DNA of 19,084 nt from Paraspadella gotoi. Its lineage: Eukaryota; Animalia; Chaetognatha. Shown piece by piece: positions 11,136 to 19,084 of the stretch. A model generated the notes under the pieces. That model was not told the DNA's origin and ran no database searches. It saw nothing but the letters and a program-made list of their open reading frames with translations. The position numbers and the translations under genes are program-made. The DNA is taken from contig JBJCIZ010000922.1 in NCBI GenBank assembly GCA_051294375.1, forward strand, positions 1-19,084, given 5' to 3'. Positions within the stretch are counted from its first letter, which is position 1. Each line of letters opens with the position of its first letter.

Positions 11136-12359
11136 GGGAACGCATTTAGGGAAAATCAACAGTTAAAGAATTTTGAAAAATTTGTCCAACGCATCACACA
11201 AGGGATAATTTAAATATTATGTTCATTAACAAAAACGATGGTATAAATAAGAGTTTGCGTTTAATTGCTGGTATTTTCAGGTTTATTTCTTGTAATTTAC
11301 CTGATAATTTTACTTTTAATTTATTCTTTTGATTTTCACTAATTTTTTCCATTTTAGACGCGAACAAGCACGGTAAAAAAGACATTTAATTCTTCGAAAA
11401 TTACTTCCCCGTTAATTTTCTCTGTTGTTCGCGAAAAACTCTAGGAAAAAAATTTTTACGCTCCACTGCTTACTTTTTTTCCCCGGAAATAGATTTAAAC
11501 GAACATGGAATACATTGCAACAAATGTAATAAAGCTCTTGATTAAACTTCTGACAAATCTCCGCTTATTGTTGAGAAGAAGGTTTAGTCTCAATTTTTTC
11601 TCTTGTAAACCCGGTCTTAATGCATTCGGGGAAGTTCCGACTCACTTTGCACTATGTTAGGGTCTTTAGAATTTCCATTGAAACATATTTCATTTTTGGC
11701 ATTACAGATCTAGAATTTAAAGATTACTCAGATGTTAATTTTGATTTGAATCGGAATACGACTCGATACTTTTCGTTATAGTTTTTATTTTAGAAAACTT
11801 ATTTATAGCTTCATGTCCTAATTTTACTATTTTTCAACTTTAACAGGGGGAGCTCAAGCTGAAAGAGAACGCGAGACTTGAAATGTTAGGATTTCTGGAC
11901 AACTCCTTAAGATACCTCAGGATTCTCTGAGTGAAGCCAATGCATCTAACAAAGGTGGTTTAAGATTATCTAGAGTATGCGAAAACCTCCGTATTTACCG
12001 TACTGTTAAAAATTTATAAACTCGATTATTTCGTTGATTTTAAAATTGCAGCAAACGTTGTTATTTTGTCTAGCGATTCTTGCGCCAAAAGCTTCGCGAA
12101 AAAGAAAGATTACAAGTTCCATGGATCCCCAACTGCGGCAAATGAGCGAAGGAGCAGGGTCAGTAGACAAAATAATGAAGCTGTTAAATCACTGCTTTAA
12201 AAAATAACCTACCATTTTCTTAATGGCAGGCAATCAGATCCTTTTTATCTTCTCTTACAGATCACTTTATTAACTCTAATCTATCAATCAAATAATATTA
12301 AATTATTCGTTGAAAATTAAAAAAAATAAAAATCTGTCACGTATTTGTCCATCACCGAT

Positions 12360-12760
12360 TCAGAAAAAAGCCGTTAGGACTCGCAAAGCCAGCGCGGCAT
12401 GGACAACGTTGGCCGCTAAGTTGACGGCCGGATTGCGGCCAAGGGACGCGTCCGGTTGACGAAGAAAGTTAAGCGTGGAGTCACCGATCCTGGGATTTAC
12501 GTGGCGAAAGAAAACCAACGATAGCCGAAACCGGCGACAGAGCCGACAAACGAGGACGTTCACCTTTCAAAACCGCCGCAGCCGTGACCATCCCCGCCGA
12601 GAAAAACGCGTGAGACAAGGCTAGAATCAACAAGGTGGGGACATAATCTGACGAAGAAAAAAGAAACTGACATGTTGGGAATTTTCAATTTTCAAATTGT
12701 CGTTCTCCCAGCGTGAAGTTTCTCGCGGAACAGCAATTCCATACGGGCGAACTCGGCCGC
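12360..12760 (-). pseudogene. Possible N-terminal fragment of a PLE ORF
   Basis: This GC-rich island follows a polypyrimidine tract. Across frameshifts it reads RWENDNLKIENSQHVSF...DYVPTLLIL...AAAVLKGERPRL. That resembles the PLE N-terminal pattern R.WE....KI....H..F.....P..L ... A..IL..ER..L, but the match is weak. Confidence 0.38.
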
Positions 12761-12899
12761 AGAAACACGATGCAGGAAGAAAGAGGAGGAAGAGGCAAGA
12801 TCAAAATCAGAACCTCTCGCTTATCACAGGCCGATTCTGCAGACACGAAGACGGGAATCCTCAGGGATTCCTGACTCTTCGATGAGGTATGGGTGAGAC

Positions 12900-13125
12900 G
12901 AGAGATGCAGAGGAGAGTAAGAAGAGAAGAGAGGAGAGAGAGAGAGAGAGAGAGAGACGAGATAGAAAGACCGCAGAGAGAGAGAGAGAGGTCAGAGAAA
13001 GAAAAAAAGAAAGAAGGAAAGAAAAAAACCATAAACAGCAAATTCAAGAAAAAAAGAAAGAAAAAAAGATGAAAGAATAAAAATAAATGAAAAAAAGGAA
13101 GAAAAAAAGAAATAAACAAAAGTAT
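12900..13125 (+). repeat. GA/A-rich low-complexity tract
   Basis: It consists of (GA)n and (GAAA)n runs, forming a polypyrimidine tract on the minus strand directly upstream of the GC-rich island. Confidence 0.9.
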
Positions 13126-13259
13126 CTAAACACAGGACCGAGAAAAAGAAAGTGAGCTAAAAGCCTCCTACAGAGTTGCATCAACTAATCTCCCTAAACG
13201 CTTACAGTACCGGTACTTGGCTTTCCTTCATAATCCAGGGAAAGCTATAATCTTCTTTA

Positions 13260-14095
13260 CAGTGCGACTATAAGGTGAAATTGGAATGACTTGATATGCA
13301 TGTGTGTGGCGCATGGAACTCGGTATGGTCTATTCCCCATTCCTATATTTCAATAAAAAAATTTTTGAAGTTTTGTTTGAGCATCATTTATTTTAAACAA
13401 AAATTTATTTGCATTACTGTGCTCAAAATTACTTGAACGATATAATTTTTTATTCTCAGTAAAAATTATATCTAACATTAACTGGTTGGTCTAATCTGGT
13501 AAAGTCGTTAGAGGCTGAAAAAAAACAATAAATTTATTAATTTATGCATAGTTGCTAATTATATATAATTAGCTTATTATCTATTTTTTATTTATTATTC
13601 AACTTTTATTATGAACATTAGAATCAGTCTCTCGCATTGCATAGGCAATTTCTATTCCTGTATCAAATATTATAATTATTTTTTATTATTAACTAAATAG
13701 TGTATTTTTTATATATTACTACAAAATATGATTTTTGATAAATAATATTTTTTAAAAAAAAAATTTATGCCAAACTATTGGTGAAATGTTACTGATTACA
13801 AATATATAAATTTTTTTAAATTTGGATAACCCCTTAACGAAATACAGCCCCAAAAAAGCCCTAAAAAATGGTTAAAAACACCTATTTTTTAAACCTTTCT
13901 AAAAACTTGCAATAACGCGAATTTTCAACTCAAAATTTGTAAGGTATATTAGAATTGTAGTATTTTATTGCCTTAAAAAATCAGAGATGTACGTAATAAT
14001 TTTTATCAACGTATACAGATTAAAATAGCGAGATGTCCTAAGAAATTCAAGTAATTTTAATTTTTACTGAGTTTCGCGCTCGGTTTTCTTGTATT
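13260..14095. repeat. AT-rich repeat whose 13642-14095 part is inverted relative to 18641-19084; possible Tc1-like terminus at 13260
   Basis: There is a long colinear reverse-complement match (taggcaatttt...tatgccaaactattggtgaaatgt...cccttaacgaaatacag...ctaagaaattca). TA|CAGTGCGACTATAA at 13258-13273 resembles a Tc1/mariner end, so the left boundary is inferred. Confidence 0.75.
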
Positions 14096-15025
14096 CTGTT
14101 TTAATGACTCTTCTGTTGTCTTTCTTGCTTTTGTGTACGTCTCCCTTTCTTTCTTCATTCTCTACTCTCTTTAAAAAAGTGAAGAAAAGGATGGAATTTT
14201 ATCAAGGATATGATGGGTTATCAAATAACGCGAAGTGGCGCCGGAAGTAGCGGGCTGGGTATAGATAGGATCAGGATCAGGTTTGAATTAAAAAACGCCA
14301 TTCTAGCCAGGCCAATAGAATGTAGATGTCTGCTTTTTTCGGAATGGAAAACTGTTGCAGAGGTAGGTGGATCCACGATAAAGATGTTGTGGTATAGCGA
14401 TAAATGACTCCTGTGTGAGGTGCATGTGATACAGCGGGAAGAGTACACGTAAAAAGAGAAGTCACTTCTTCGTGTGTTTTCTCTGTTCTCGTAACATCTG
14501 TGAACAATCACGACTGCGCTGATCCAAGCTCGCATCTTTTCTTTCTTTCATCTGTCTGTTCTTTCGGTTTCTTTCTTTCTTTCTTTCTTTCTCATGGACT
14601 AGTGAGTCACTCTATAAAATTTGTACACAGAATAAAAAGAAAAGAAATGGGAAATTACTTTAAAGTGCGAAAAACAATGGAAAAAACATAAGTCACATTT
14701 AGTTGAATCTTTTTAATAATTTTAACACATAATTACACAAATCAATCATAATTGGATGGATAGATTGAGATAAAATTTTGTGTTTGGTAGGAAAGTGTGT
14801 GATTGTGTTTAATATAAAGTTTCGATGGAATCGTGCAAGTGGAAAGGAGTTTAGGTAGAAAAAACAAGTCATATTTACTTAAACCTTTTTTAATTATTGT
14901 ATTAATTCAGAATTTCATCGATTAACTGATATAAAATTTTGTGTGTGGGTAAGAAAGTGAGTCAATTGAGTCAACAAGAATGATAATTCTTGTACCGCAG
15001 TGACTGCCTTATCACGTGTATTTTT

Positions 15026-15076
15026 CATGACATGACATGACGTAATATGACATGATCTGACATAACATAACATAAC
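15026..15076 (+). repeat. Pentanucleotide microsatellite (CATGA/CATAA)n
   Basis: catgacatgacatgacgtaatatgacatgatctgacataacataacataac. Confidence 0.85.
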
Positions 15077-15187
15077 TATATTTAGGACCTGCACTGCATC
15101 AAAATTCCATCTTTTATTCCTTTTAGTTTTAGGATTTTCTTAAGGCGGCGCTTGCAGTTTTTTAGATTTTAGGTTTTCTTCTGTCTG

Positions 15188-15293
15188 AACAAATGAGCAA
15201 CCAAGCGGGACAGACTGACAAACAGACTTACCGACCGATGAACTGACCGACCGAAAAGTGCTGCTCCGCGAGTACTCACGGCGCAACTAAAAA
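15188..15293. mobile_element. Short Helentron/DINE-1-like (HINE) remnant
   Basis: A degenerate (GACA/GACC)n tetranucleotide tract is followed by a GC-rich subterminal segment ending gcgcaactaaaaa. This layout is typical of non-autonomous Helentron derivatives. Confidence 0.4.
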
Positions 15294-15396
15294 GAATCTT
15301 AAAAGTATAAGGATCTCGCCAAGGTATAGTATCAAAGAAAATTAATGAAAAAGTACTTTATGTTATTTTCTTTCTTTTCGTTGTGTATATATAGTT

Positions 15397-15494
15397 AGAG
15401 AAAACAAAGTTTGTTTGTTTGATAACAACGATTTTTGTTTACATTAGGACATGTTTCGAGTCTGTATCTCCTGCACCAAAGCAGACCAGAACAG
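15397..15494 (-). mobile_element. Tiny truncated PLE insertion: pLTR 3' end with half hammerhead fused to an inverted ORF fragment
   Basis: agagaaaacaaagtttgttt is identical to 8804-8823. GAAACATGTC lies on the minus strand at 15457-15448. The segment 15458-15494 matches the reverse complement of 17200-17236 at 33/37 positions. Confidence 0.75.
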
Positions 15495-15587
15495 TACTAT
15501 AATCTAATTTGCATATTGTAGTAAATCATAATGAAGTGGAAATTCAAACAAAAAATACTTGAATCCAAATGTAATATGACAATTTTA

Positions 15588-15641
15588 GTTGACCAAATTG
15601 TGCAAGTTGACCAAATTATGCAGGTTGACCAAATTATCGTA
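15588..15641 (+). repeat. Tandem 18-bp repeat, 3 copies
   Basis: gttgaccaaattgtgcaa / gttgaccaaattatgcag / gttgaccaaattatcgta. Confidence 0.9.
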
Positions 15642-15854
15642 GGCAGATCCGATGTTGTTTGCTCAAACTTGTTTTATTCTTTAGTTGCCTGTTTCTACTT
15701 TTCTAAAAAACCTCTTTAAAATACGGGTAAATGGTGTCCTAATATTTTTGGGATCACAACGCTATCAAAAATAATGAAAATTAAAAAAATTTAGCCTAAT
15801 GAAAGAACAGTGTCTCACGAGTCAAAGTTCAACTGACAAAAAAAATGTCAGAGC

Positions 15855-16320
15855 GAAAGAGAGAGAGTAGGAATGGGAGAGAGAGAGTAGGAATGGGAGA
15901 GAGAGAGAGAAAGAAAGATAAGGAGATAGAGAGACACACACAGAGAGAATGAGAGAGAGAGAGAAAGAGAATGAAGGAAAAAAAGAAACAAAGAGATATA
16001 AAAGAAAAATATGGATTGACGACAAATTTTGATACTAAAAAAATCAAATTTGAGAAAGAAAATTAATTTATAAAAGAAAGAAAAAGAAGAAAAGAATAAA
16101 TATAAAGAAAGAATAGAAGGAAAGAAGAAAAGAAAGAATAGAAAGGAAAGAAAGAAATAGAAAGGAAAGAAAGAAATAGAAAGGATAGAAAGAAATAGAA
16201 AAAAGAAAGAATAGAAAGGAAAGAAAGAATAAAAATAAAGAGAGAGTGACGAGAAGAAAGAACGAAATAAAAACCCGATGTTGCGATTTTAATAAAAACC
16301 AGAGAGAGAGAAGAAAGAGA
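15855..16320 (+). repeat. Long purine-rich low-complexity tract
   Basis: It contains (GA)n, two copies of gagagagagtaggaatgg, and repeated aatagaaaggaaagaaag units. It is polypyrimidine on the PLE sense strand. Confidence 0.9.
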
Positions 16321-16510
16321 AAGCAGAGCAGAGCAGAGAGAAGCAAGAGAGCAGAAAGAGGAGAAAAGAGAGAAAAAGAAAAAGCCCCTGCAGAGCCAGC
16401 TGCAGACTCGTTTGTTTTTCCGATGAATCAGCCTGGGGAAAAGAGAGAGATAGAGCTCTATAATTAAAAGAGAAAAGAGTATTAGGAAAAAACAGTTTTT
16501 GTTTGACAAC
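16321..16510 (-). repeat. pLTR tail, a direct repeat of 18236-18436
   Basis: The two copies share ggagaaaagagagaaaaagaaaaagcccctgcagagccagctgc..actcgttt...gatgaatcag..ctggggaaaagagagaga...tataattaaaagagaaaagag. Confidence 0.9.
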
Positions 16511-16530
16511 GATTTATTTGACACAATTTA

Positions 16531-16579
16531 GTCAGACATGTTTCGGCTCATTCATTTAGAGCCTTCATCAGTGTTTGAC
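16531..16579 (-). ncRNA. Minimal type-I hammerhead ribozyme (PLE-associated)
   Basis: The minus strand reads gtca aaca CTGATGA a ggctc taaatgaat gagcc GAAA cat GTC tgac. The core is intact, with a 5-bp helix II, a palindromic ACAUGU helix III remnant and helix I gtca/tgac. Predicted cleavage is between 16535 and 16534. Confidence 0.88.
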
Positions 16580-17125
16580 AATCAATATTTTTGTCTCTGT
16601 TGAAGTAAGTTTTTGAGAGAGAGAAAGAGAGAGAGAGAGAGAGAAATTGAGGGAGAGTTTCCAACAAAGAATAAGTTAAGGGACAGTGGTCAGATCTGAG
16701 GACAGCTGAAGGTGAGGAGAGGGAAGAAGTAAGTCTTTGAAAAATGAAATGAGAGTGGGAGAGAGAGAGAGAGAGAGAGAGCAAAGCAAAAATTTTTAAA
16801 CAATACATTTAGCAATGTACAACAGAGATAAAATGCATGAAATCTAAACATAAACTGAAATTAATGTTAACAATAGAAATTAATAAGTTAGTAGAATAAA
16901 GTGAAATTTGAAATAGAAAATAAGTGGTGAGGGATAGATAAGTGAAGAAAAGTGAAAGTAAGTAAAAGAAAGAGCTCAAAAATGAGCTGGCCCCTCCCCG
17001 GCCGGGCAAATGGAGGACGTTGACGATAAAGTCGGGTCATTGGCCTGTCATAGGTTGCGAGGGTATACTTGTAGAGTTTGATATGCTTGGATCCGGAAGA
17101 GATCCGCTTGGGAAAATGCCAAGTG

Positions 17126-18183
17126 CTACTCGTATATCCTTTGGCCTGATAAGCCTGCCGACAGCCCTCCTCTCACCTGACGGTGAGGCAGGCAGTTGCC
17201 TGTTCTGGCCTGTTTTGCTACAGGAGATACAGACTCCTCTCCCTCCTCCTGTAGCCGTCGTTTTGGGCGACGCTCAGCGCGAGGAGAGTCGCGCCAAGTT
17301 GCTACAGGTTCAGGAAAGGTATCGGACGTCCATTGCCTGCTGAGAGGCCTCCGCCTGATCCGTTGAGTGGGAACAGGGGAATCATTGTGCGGTTGGGGTG
17401 GCTCTGGGCGTTCCACCACCATTTGGATGAGCGAATCATAGCTTGGAGGGAGGTCGAATCGTCCTCCATCACGGTTCAGAGAGGGTTCGAGAGCTTTGAT
17501 GTAGATTGCCTCTCTAATACCTCTAGAAAACCAGTTTTGGTCATGGGACAGCACGAGACAGTCAGTTTCTCTGAACAGATGGCCAGAATTTGCCGTGTGC
17601 TCGGCAATGGCCGATAAGTAATGACCACGTGGGTCCCGATATGGCTTTGTGTGCTGCTTGAACCGATCTGTCAGAGACTTTCCTGTCTCGCCCACGTATG
17701 CTGCTGTGCAGGGTTGGTTGCCCTTCCCTGCACAGGCCGCCCAGTAGACGGCTCCTGATGTTTTCGGTCTGGGGATTTTGTCTTTTCGGTTTTACCAATT
17801 GCTCACGTAAGGAGCCGCGGGTCGTCACTGGCACTGGATATCCCCTGCTTTGCCAGCACCCGCACCAGTGCTTCAGTGATCCCCTGGTGGTAGGGGAGGG
17901 AGACATGACCCACGTTCCTGAGACGCTTCTGCTTATCTCCCACTTGCGCTGTGGTGGGCGCGGTCGGTCCTTCAGCAGCAAGGTCTCGTTCAACCTCCTG
18001 GGGGGCGGAGGTTGAACTTGCGTTAGCAGTTACTTGGGCAGCCCCTAGGTGGCCACTGCCCTCAGCCAGGTTCAGCCGGAACCTTGCCTTCTCGTAAGCC
18101 CACAGAGGGTAACCATTGAGCGCCAAGGCTCTTTTGACATGCTCAAGCTCGGCGGCCTGGAGCTCGGGGGTCGACGGAATCAG
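17126..18183 (-). CDS. PLE polyprotein C-terminal part: RT thumb, linker and GIY-YIG endonuclease (two +1 frameshifts)
   Basis: It reads ELEHVKRALALNGYP ... HVSLPYHQGITEALVRVLAKQGI, then shifts frame at ~17830 to TTRGSLREQLVKPK. After a second shift in an A4 run at ~17784 it reads DKIPRPKTSGAVYWAAC..C..AYVGETGKSLTDRFKQH..SAIAEH..H..RGIREAIYIKALEPSLNRDGG. The GIY-YIG catalytic residues Y, Y, R, E and N are present. Confidence 0.92.
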
Positions 18184-18303
18184 CTGAGAAAAGAGAGAGA
18201 GAAGGAGACATGAAAATAAAAAGAAAGAAATCAAAAGGCAGCAGCAGAAGCAGCAGGAGAAAAGAGAGAAAAAGAAAAAGCCCCTGCAGAGCCAGCTGCT
18301 TAC
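18184..18303 (-). other. Putative 120-nt intron immediately upstream of the PLE ORF
   Basis: On the minus strand there is a cga|GTAAGC donor, a long polypyrimidine tract and a ttttctcAG|ctgatt acceptor exactly where coding homology starts. PLEs are known to retain 5' introns. The donor is GTCTGC in the ~16400 copy. Confidence 0.45.
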
Positions 18304-18436
18304 TCGTTTTTTTTTTGATGAATCAGTGACTGGGGAAAAGAGAGAGAGAGAGAGCTACATATAATTAAAAGAGAAAAGAGAGAGAGAAGGAGACATAAAA
18401 ATAAAAGAGAGGAAATTTGTTTGTTTTGATAAAACG
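18236..18436 (-). repeat. pLTR 3' end and tail, a direct repeat of 16321-16510
   Basis: See 16321-16510. There is also a local duplication, gagaaaagagagagagaaggagacat(g/a)aaaataaaa, at 18186 and 18371. Confidence 0.88.
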
Positions 18437-18640
18437 TAAACAAAACATTTAATAACTGTCTCACCCAATTTCAACAACCTCGATGATGAGAAGCTGTATA
18501 TAAATATTTAAAGCTTCAATACACCCAAATTTAAACATGAAAAAGGCGATCTATAATTTGGAATGTCGACAACGACAACGACGACGCCACTTATGTGCAA
18601 AATCACAGCAAAATCGACGCAAATGCAAAGCGACGATAAA

Positions 18641-19084
18641 AATACGAGAAAAATTAGACGACCTCAGCAAAATTTAAAATTACCTGAATTTCTTAGTACG
18701 TCTCCCTATTTAATCTGTATAGTTAGATAAAAATTATTACTACATCTCTAATTTTTTCAGGCAATAAAATACTACCAATTTTTATATACCTTACAAAGTT
18801 TGAGTTGAAAATTCGCATTATTGCAGTTTTTAGAAAGGTTTAAAAAATAGGTGTTTTTAACCATTTTTAGGGCTTTTTGGGGACTGTATTTCGTTAAGGG
18901 ATTATCCAAATTTAAAAAAATTTATATATTTGTAATCAGTGACATTTCACCAATAGTTTGGCATAAATTTTTTTAAAAAAAATATTATTTAACAAAAAAT
19001 CATATTTTGTAGTAATATATAAAAAACACTATTTAGTTAATAATAAAACAAATTATAATTTGATTACAGGAATAAAATTGCCTA
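18641..19084. repeat. Inverted copy of 13642-14095, running off the window end
   Basis: It shows reverse-complement colinearity over ~450 bp with few mismatches. Confidence 0.9.

Larger units (their letters stand above)
16321..18436 (-). mobile_element. Penelope-like retroelement (Penelope/Poseidon-type), RT core absent, bounded by direct repeats
   Basis: On the minus strand the order is tail repeat, thumb/GIY-YIG ORF, 3' UTR/pLTR with hammerhead, tail repeat. The EN is C-terminal, the PSLNRDGG motif is present, and the RT-EN linker has no zinc finger. Confidence 0.88.

Noticed and set aside
12854-12871. ggaatcc-tcag-ggattcc hairpin containing CTGAGGA on the minus strand
   Set aside because: It is an isolated 7-bp stem with no GAAA partner or U-tract, so it is neither a ribozyme nor a terminator.
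14210-14691. Overlapping short ORFs in a moderately GC-rich patch
   Set aside because: There are no recognisable motifs in any frame and no supporting splice structure.
15588-15641. Three-copy repeat as a possible CRISPR array
   Set aside because: The units are contiguous 18-mers without unique spacers, there are no cas genes, and the context is eukaryotic.
15822-16808. Several F/L/S-rich or R/E/K-rich ORFs in the track (also 12685-13119 and 12889-13080)
   Set aside because: They are translations of GA/TC microsatellite tracts that lack stop codons, with no domain signal.
17020-18015. Plus-strand ORFs 17020-17343, 17333-17617 and 17698-18015
   Set aside because: They are antisense shadows of the GC-rich PLE ORF.

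Overview
This AT-rich, eukaryotic (invertebrate-like) window consists almost entirely of transposable-element sequence. I recognise no intact host gene, tRNA, rRNA or CRISPR array. Penelope-like retroelements (PLEs) dominate. On the minus strand there is (i) an RT-thumb/linker/GIY-YIG ORF at 18183-17126 that lacks the RT core, (ii) related pseudo-LTR (pLTR) modules carrying minimal type-I hammerhead ribozymes at 16531-16579 and 8858-8906, plus a half copy at an inversion junction near 15460, (iii) a probable PLE N-terminus near 12760-12360, and (iv) a frameshifted SGNH/GDSL esterase reading frame at 11135-10569 that runs directly into a hammerhead pLTR. A second, very degenerate PLE RT-EN frame is hidden on the plus strand at about 960-2520. 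Nested hAT-type MITEs with 8-bp target site duplications (TSDs), other inverted and direct repeats, and GA-rich tracts fill the rest. Frequent single-base insertions suggest noisy long-read sequence, so some frameshifts may be artefacts. All alignments and translations were done by eye.
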